11,594 bases of DNA, taken from Oligoflexus sp. (GTDB lineage Bacteria; Bdellovibrionota_B; Oligoflexia; Oligoflexales; Oligoflexaceae). Position 1 is the first letter of the stretch, and every line of letters starts with the position of its first letter. The notes beneath the pieces were generated by a model. The model had not been told where the DNA came from. It did no database searches and saw only the letters and a program-made list of their open reading frames with translations. The stretch spans positions 1 to 11,594 of the forward strand of contig JBGSTX010000098.1 of assembly GCA_041736305.1 (NCBI GenBank), given 5' to 3'. The position numbers and the translations under genes were made by a program. Below, in pieces: positions 7,163 to 11,594 of this stretch.

Positions 7163-8287
7163 TTGGTGTTCAACGCCAAAAAAAATTTGTCTGAAGAAAT
7201 TCTTGTTCATGATGACAGGGTGGATTTGTCACGTGCAAACTATAGTCCTGAGCTTTCTTCGACTAATCTAGACGCTGAGACACAAAGCTTTCACGTAACG
7301 ATAGACAGAGTCAGCTTCAAAAAGCCCGTCGATATAGTCACAACAGTCTTGAATGCCCATGGATTTGCGATCAATCTTGAGAACATACTCTCTTCCCTCG
7401 ACCAGTTCGTGCTCGGGGTCAAAGTAAAAATGCCAGAGAAAAGCCCCCAGGAAGGCCGCGTACTAGTTCGCAACTTCTTGCCCTGCGTGCACCTGACTAT
7501 GCCCAACAAGTCCAAGGTTGGCACCTTACTCAAGCTCTTTTACGCGGAAATCCAAGGCTACGAGCAAGAAATAGCCCGTCTCCAAGATGGGGAACTCAAA
7601 AAAGACGGCGAAAAGGTCAAATCCCGGGAACAGTTGCAAAAAGAAATTGAAAAGCTGAGCATCGAGAACAGCCGTCTGCAAAGCAAAGTCACCGATTTAA
7701 CGAATCAACTGACAGAAGCGCTGAAGTTTCAAGCCAACGCGAACCGGGCCTTGGCTTCGCAAAACATTATCCCACCGCAACTGCGCCTGGCTCAGGTTCG
7801 CGATATCATTTTTTCCGAACGATCGGTTCTCCTCCGTGCAGGCCGAACTAATATCAGTCTGCCTATGGCCCTGTTGGAAGCTCTGCCAAAGCCCGGGGAC
7901 ACGTGCCTCCTGAATGTCGTCGATGGGACGGCGCTTGGCGCCTTCTTCTACGAATCGCGGGGAGTCCCTTTTCTAAAGGATATGGCCGAAGTTCTCTCGG
8001 TCAGCTCCGAAGCGTGCAAAGTGAGAGATTCGCAGCGCAAGCAGCACATCCTCCGCGCCCAAAATGAAACTGAGAAGGAACTCTTCAGCTCCCTCAAGCG
8101 AGGGCAGAAGATCATATTGTATCGGGCTGAAGACCTCATTATCAAAGTCGACGGCGTCGGTTCAACGAGACCGCAAGAGTTCACCCGCGAAGTTCAAGAA
8201 CTGATCGCCCTATTTCAAATCGCCCATACCGCCGACGACAAGGGACTCGCTGAACCCCTCCACGTCGTGCGGGATGTAGAGGAGTAG
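7163..8287 (+). CDS. Cytoplasmic hypothetical protein with central coiled coil followed by two OB-fold-like beta domains
   Basis: ORF 7124-8287. The start is uncertain: TTG 7163 has GAGGA 8 nt upstream, while ATG 7124 has no clear SD. Heptad region SREQLQKEIEKLSIENSRLQSKVTDLTNQLTEAL, then IPP, then two beta-rich units ending PKPGDTCLLN and LKRGQKIILY. No TM segment or signal peptide seen. Confidence 0.75.
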   Translation: MVFNAKKNLSEEILVHDDRVDLSRANYSPELSSTNLDAETQSFHVTIDRVSFKKPVDIVTTVLNAHGFAINLENILSSLDQFVLGVKVKMPEKSPQEGRVLVRNFLPCVHLTMPNKSKVGTLLKLFYAEIQGYEQEIARLQDGELKKDGEKVKSREQLQKEIEKLSIENSRLQSKVTDLTNQLTEALKFQANANRALASQNIIPPQLRLAQVRDIIFSERSVLLRAGRTNISLPMALLEALPKPGDTCLLNVVDGTALGAFFYESRGVPFLKDMAEVLSVSSEACKVRDSQRKQHILRAQNETEKELFSSLKRGQKIILYRAEDLIIKVDGVGSTRPQEFTREVQELIALFQIAHTADDKGLAEPLHVVRDVEE

Positions 8288-8291
8288 ACCC

Positions 8292-9074
8292 ATGGAAGGC
8301 TTGAACTCGAAAAAATATCTGCACACCACCAAAAAGCGTTTCGACCCGATCGCGCTTGTGTTGAGCCTACTTGGGTTGGCCGGAGTCGTCTACGGCGTCG
8401 TCTATTCTGATGGAACCCAGTCTTACTACGATCTCCACAGCCTGCTCATCGTCATCTGCGGAACCTTTGCGAGTATTCTCTTCCAGTTCGATTTCGGCAG
8501 CAGCTTCTACAGCCTCTTGCTCGTTCTACGCTCCTTCCTCGGCACACCGGAGAAAAAGCTACTCAATACGATTAAAGAACTCGATGAAGCTATCATCCAG
8601 CAGCTGGACTTGAAGCAGATGCGAGAGGGCCTGCAGATCGATGGCGAAATCCTGAATGACATTGTCTTCATGTACAAGCGCGGTCTCCTCTTCGAAGAAA
8701 TCGATGAATTTGTCACAGCTCGGATCAGCGATGAGTATCTTGGCCGCCGCGTTGCCGTTGATCTCCTGAAGCGTGCCTCGGTGATTGCTCCTTCCCTGGG
8801 TCTCTTCGGAACAACCATGGGTCTTATCGGAGTTCTCCGCAACCTAGCCAATCCTGCAGAAATCGGTTCGTCGATGTCTCTAGCGCTCATGACTACGGCT
8901 TACGGAGCAGCGTTGAACTCCCTCTTCTTCACTCCCCTCGCCGGTCGCCTGGAACATCACAATATGATTTACCTCGAAATCCATCAGCAGCTCCTGAACA
9001 AAGTCGGGATACTGCTCGGACGTGATGAACGCAAGATCGGTGCCGCAGAAAAATCGGGAGGCATTGCAGCATGA
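8292..9074 (+). CDS. motA: MotA/PomA-like (MotA/TolQ/ExbB family) ion channel subunit
   Basis: 260 aa with GAGGAG SD. N-terminal TM pair with DLHSLLIVICGT. C-terminal APSLGLFGTTMGLIGVLRNLANPAEIGSSMSLALMTTAYG...FFTPLAGRL matches MotA/PomA TM3-TM4. Confidence 0.88.
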   Translation: MEGLNSKKYLHTTKKRFDPIALVLSLLGLAGVVYGVVYSDGTQSYYDLHSLLIVICGTFASILFQFDFGSSFYSLLLVLRSFLGTPEKKLLNTIKELDEAIIQQLDLKQMREGLQIDGEILNDIVFMYKRGLLFEEIDEFVTARISDEYLGRRVAVDLLKRASVIAPSLGLFGTTMGLIGVLRNLANPAEIGSSMSLALMTTAYGAALNSLFFTPLAGRLEHHNMIYLEIHQQLLNKVGILLGRDERKIGAAEKSGGIAA

Positions 9075-9730
9075 AGCTTGAGCAATTGCAGTCTAACGAG
9101 TCATCCGAGAGCGCGCTCTCGTCTTTTTACGTGAGTCTAGCCGATCTCATGACCCTGCTTCTCGTCTTCTTCCTCATGCTCGTCTCTATGAGCAAGATCG
9201 ATACCGGCTCGTACGAAGTCATTCGCAGTGGTTTCACCGGCTCAACCAAGAATACTCTGGTCGACCTGGCCGCTCGCCTGCGCAAGATGGTCGAGGACAA
9301 GCCTGGCATTCCCGGCGTGAAAGTCCATTTGGCCCCGGACGGCGTTCGCCTCGATCTCGATACGGGCGCACTTTTTGAAACGGGTAAAGCGAGCCTGAAG
9401 CCTGGCGCTTTAGACCCGATTTTACCGCTTCTCAGTGAGATTCTATCGACACCCTACATCATTGATGTCGAAGGACATACGGACGACCAGGCCCTGCGCC
9501 GCTTTTATAAAGTCGACGAGGAGAAAAATCTCGAAACCAACTGGTCGCTGAGTGGACGTCGCGCCAGCAGCGTCGTCCATCACCTCTTAGACCTGGGCTT
9601 CGGCGAACCGCGGGTCCGCCTGGTCGGTTATGCTAGCACGCGTCCACTTTCGAAAATAGAAGGCAAGAGCGGCGATGAGCTTACTGCCGCCCGCGCCGAA
9701 AATCGGCGCGTGTCCCTGCTCGTGAAGTAA
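9071..9730 (+). CDS. motB: MotB-like protein with OmpA-type peptidoglycan-binding domain
   Basis: 219 aa with ATGA overlap with motA. TM YVSLADLMTLLLVFFLMLVSMSKID contains the conserved ion-binding Asp. OmpA-like motifs LFETGKA, VEGHTDD, NWSLSGRRASSV, GYASTRP, NRRV. Confidence 0.9.
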   Translation: MKLEQLQSNESSESALSSFYVSLADLMTLLLVFFLMLVSMSKIDTGSYEVIRSGFTGSTKNTLVDLAARLRKMVEDKPGIPGVKVHLAPDGVRLDLDTGALFETGKASLKPGALDPILPLLSEILSTPYIIDVEGHTDDQALRRFYKVDEEKNLETNWSLSGRRASSVVHHLLDLGFGEPRVRLVGYASTRPLSKIEGKSGDELTAARAENRRVSLLVK

Positions 9731-9742
9731 AGGAGAACCAAA

Positions 9743-11594
9743 GTGGGTCTTATCCCTAAAGCAGCGAATGAAGCCGTCGTCTCCGTCAAGCACGGTAGAG
9801 ACGGCAAGTTTACTATACGGCGCAGCAGAAGCTCAGAAGGATACGAAGTCTTTGTCATCGAAAACATCTCACGAAATGAAAAGCTCAACATCCCGCGCGA
9901 ACTCTTTGATCGCTTTCGAGCCACGCTGCTCGAACTGAGCTTTCAGACGCCGAGCGATACCCGTCCCTTAGATAGAAAAATCTACTTCGAAGAGCTGGAT
10001 TACTACAGCATTCGACCGGCGCTGGGAGAAGCCCAGAAGTTCGTCGTCCAGGAACTCATCAAGCAGCCCGGCTCAAGCGGACTCCTGACGATCCCTCTCG
10101 AGGCTCTCGGCCCTTTAGCTAAAGCGCTATATCAGCCTGCTCTGCGGCACACCAGTGAAGTCTTCGATCGTATTCTCAGCTATCATAAGCTCTTTCACTT
10201 CTCCTTTACCGAAGGCAGTGAAAGCATCACAAGTGATCTGGCTATGCGCCGCGACGTCTTGTCCCAGATCGATGAATTCGTTCCAGCGATGCGCACGCGC
10301 GAAAGCGAAGGTCGCTGGTCGCCTGGGGAAGTTGGCGTTGAAGTCCTTCCACGCGAATCGGCGTCCAGCAAGGCTCAGGACAGTAAGAAGGATGGGTTCA
10401 GCAAATTCAAATCCAAGCTCGGCCAGAAAGATGGCCGCGAAGCTTATGAAGTCGACTATGGAGCCCTTTTCCAGAACGGCCCTGGCACAGTTCCCGAAAA
10501 ACTCCCGCGCGCCGCTTCGGACGAAACCAAACGCGGTGCGATCGCCAATGCCACGACTTTCCCCCTCCCTCTGCTGGCTGGGGATATCAAGTCGATGGCT
10601 CAGCTGCCGTTTCGCTGCGAACTCAACAAGGAGGAGGCAAGTTCTCTGCGGGAAAACTTCCTGCTTGATCGCAACTCCGAACTGTATCTGGGATTCGAGA
10701 TCATTGACGCGATCTTTCGCACACATAATAAGCTGAAAACCTATCGTTTTCCTCTCTACTACATGAAAGTCGTCATCGAAGAAGCGGGACGGTATATTCA
10801 CATCAGCCCCGCCCAGCATAAGCCTGAGATCTATCTGAACCATCTGGCTCTAGCCACTCTGGTCGAAAGCTTTTCCGCAGCCCGTCCCAACGGAGGCGAT
10901 CCGCTCGAAGCTTTTTTTGGAAACCTTCTCTCACAGAAGATCGAAGTTCGCGGACGGCTTGCAGAACTTCGCATTCAGCGCCTCTTGCCAGTAGCCGAAG
11001 ATATTTTCGACCGAGTCCGTGACCTCCTCTTAGGCCTTCCCGGCGAAAACGGGAAAGGCGGCATACTCGAAAGCCTCAAAGTCATCGGTCTCGAATGCGA
11101 TCTCGAGTCGGTGGCTCTTTATAAAGCGCAGAACCTGACCTCTCCCGTAACGCGGGCCTTGCATCAGGATATGGATCACATTCAAGCGATATCCGAAGAG
11201 AATCCTGAGCGCTTCTATCGTTCGCTCCTCGGCCAGTTTCTCTGCCCCGAGCTTCGCTCCAACTCCTCGGAGCCCTTCGCCGAGCAGGTGCTTTGTCCAG
11301 GCGCCGCTCCTAAGTCCACCAGAAAACTCCTCGATCGCCTAAATAAGAACGACCTGCTGCTGCTGGAAGGACCGCCGGGAACAGGCAAGACCTTTACAAT
11401 TATGAACCTCCTTCTCCACAGCATCAATGCAGGTAAGCGGGTTCTGATCGTCAGCGATCAGAAAGCTGCGATCCACGCCCTCGTTGAGAAAGTACAGGAG
11501 TACCTGGTCGGGCGGGACCTCAATTCCCCTCTCTCCAAAGCGAATCTAGCTCTCTTCCGCCAGTCGATCAAAGTGGTGGATCAGGTTCCCAATG
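9743..11594 (+). CDS. Large DNA2/NAM7 (Upf1-like) superfamily 1 helicase with long N-terminal extension; 3' truncated
   Basis: Manual translation: GTG 9743 with AGGAG (9731-9735) immediately after the motB stop, open for 617 codons to the edge. Walker A GPPGTGKT at 11369-11392 in the context LLLLEGPPGTGKTFTIMNLLLHSINAGKRVLIVSDQKAAIHALVEK (motifs I and Ia). The upstream ELYLGFEII...YRFPLYYMKVVI resembles the DUF4011-type segment. Absent from the ORF track. Confidence 0.88.
   Translation, partial: MGLIPKAANEAVVSVKHGRDGKFTIRRSRSSEGYEVFVIENISRNEKLNIPRELFDRFRATLLELSFQTPSDTRPLDRKIYFEELDYYSIRPALGEAQKFVVQELIKQPGSSGLLTIPLEALGPLAKALYQPALRHTSEVFDRILSYHKLFHFSFTEGSESITSDLAMRRDVLSQIDEFVPAMRTRESEGRWSPGEVGVEVLPRESASSKAQDSKKDGFSKFKSKLGQKDGREAYEVDYGALFQNGPGTVPEKLPRAASDETKRGAIANATTFPLPLLAGDIKSMAQLPFRCELNKEEASSLRENFLLDRNSELYLGFEIIDAIFRTHNKLKTYRFPLYYMKVVIEEAGRYIHISPAQHKPEIYLNHLALATLVESFSAARPNGGDPLEAFFGNLLSQKIEVRGRLAELRIQRLLPVAEDIFDRVRDLLLGLPGENGKGGILESLKVIGLECDLESVALYKAQNLTSPVTRALHQDMDHIQAISEENPERFYRSLLGQFLCPELRSNSSEPFAEQVLCPGAAPKSTRKLLDRLNKNDLLLLEGPPGTGKTFTIMNLLLHSINAGKRVLIVSDQKAAIHALVEKVQEYLVGRDLNSPLSKANLALFRQSIKVVDQVPN

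Noticed and set aside
8292-9730. TolQR or ExbBD assignment
   Set aside because: The B subunit has an OmpA-type peptidoglycan-binding domain and a MotB-type TM sequence, unlike ExbD/TolR.
10127-10843. Track ORFs of 238 aa (-) and 193 aa (+, 10155-10736)
   Set aside because: They lie within the uninterrupted helicase frame starting at 9743 and show no recognisable motifs, so they are treated as shadow ORFs.
8292-11594. Calling the locus canonical Zorya type I, II or III
   Set aside because: The A subunit is 260 aa with no ZorA tail, the helicase has SF1 DNA2/NAM7-type motifs rather than SNF2, and no ZorC or ZorE is recognisable in the window.
1-11594. CRISPR arrays, tRNA/rRNA genes, IS elements, integrases
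   Set aside because: No regularly spaced repeats, structural RNA signatures, transposase motifs or terminal repeats were seen by eye.

Overview
Bacterial chromosomal window. The gene content is reminiscent of Bdellovibrionota/Oligoflexia or myxobacteria-like organisms (inference). Left to right it holds: (1) a 3'-truncated minus-strand lipoprotein with atypical kinase-like motifs, missing from the ORF track; (2) a divergent Lys-rich single-TM protein; (3) a minus-strand three-gene operon for exported proteins (diheme cytochrome c/DUF1588-like protein, small secreted protein, Tat-exported DUF1501 protein); (4) an NADP-dependent alkenal/prostaglandin reductase-like oxidoreductase; (5) a tightly coupled plus-strand operon encoding a coiled-coil/tandem-OB-like protein, a MotA-family protein, a MotB/OmpA-family protein and a large DNA2/NAM7(Upf1)-like SF1 helicase (also missing from the ORF track, runs off the right edge), preceded by a sigma28-like promoter. 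Operon (5) is the best candidate for an undescribed system. It pairs an ion-driven membrane motor, whose MotA appears to lack the flagellar rotor-contact motif, with a nucleic-acid helicase. This follows Zorya-like logic but matches no Zorya type I know. All domain calls are by-eye motif recognition; no searches were run.
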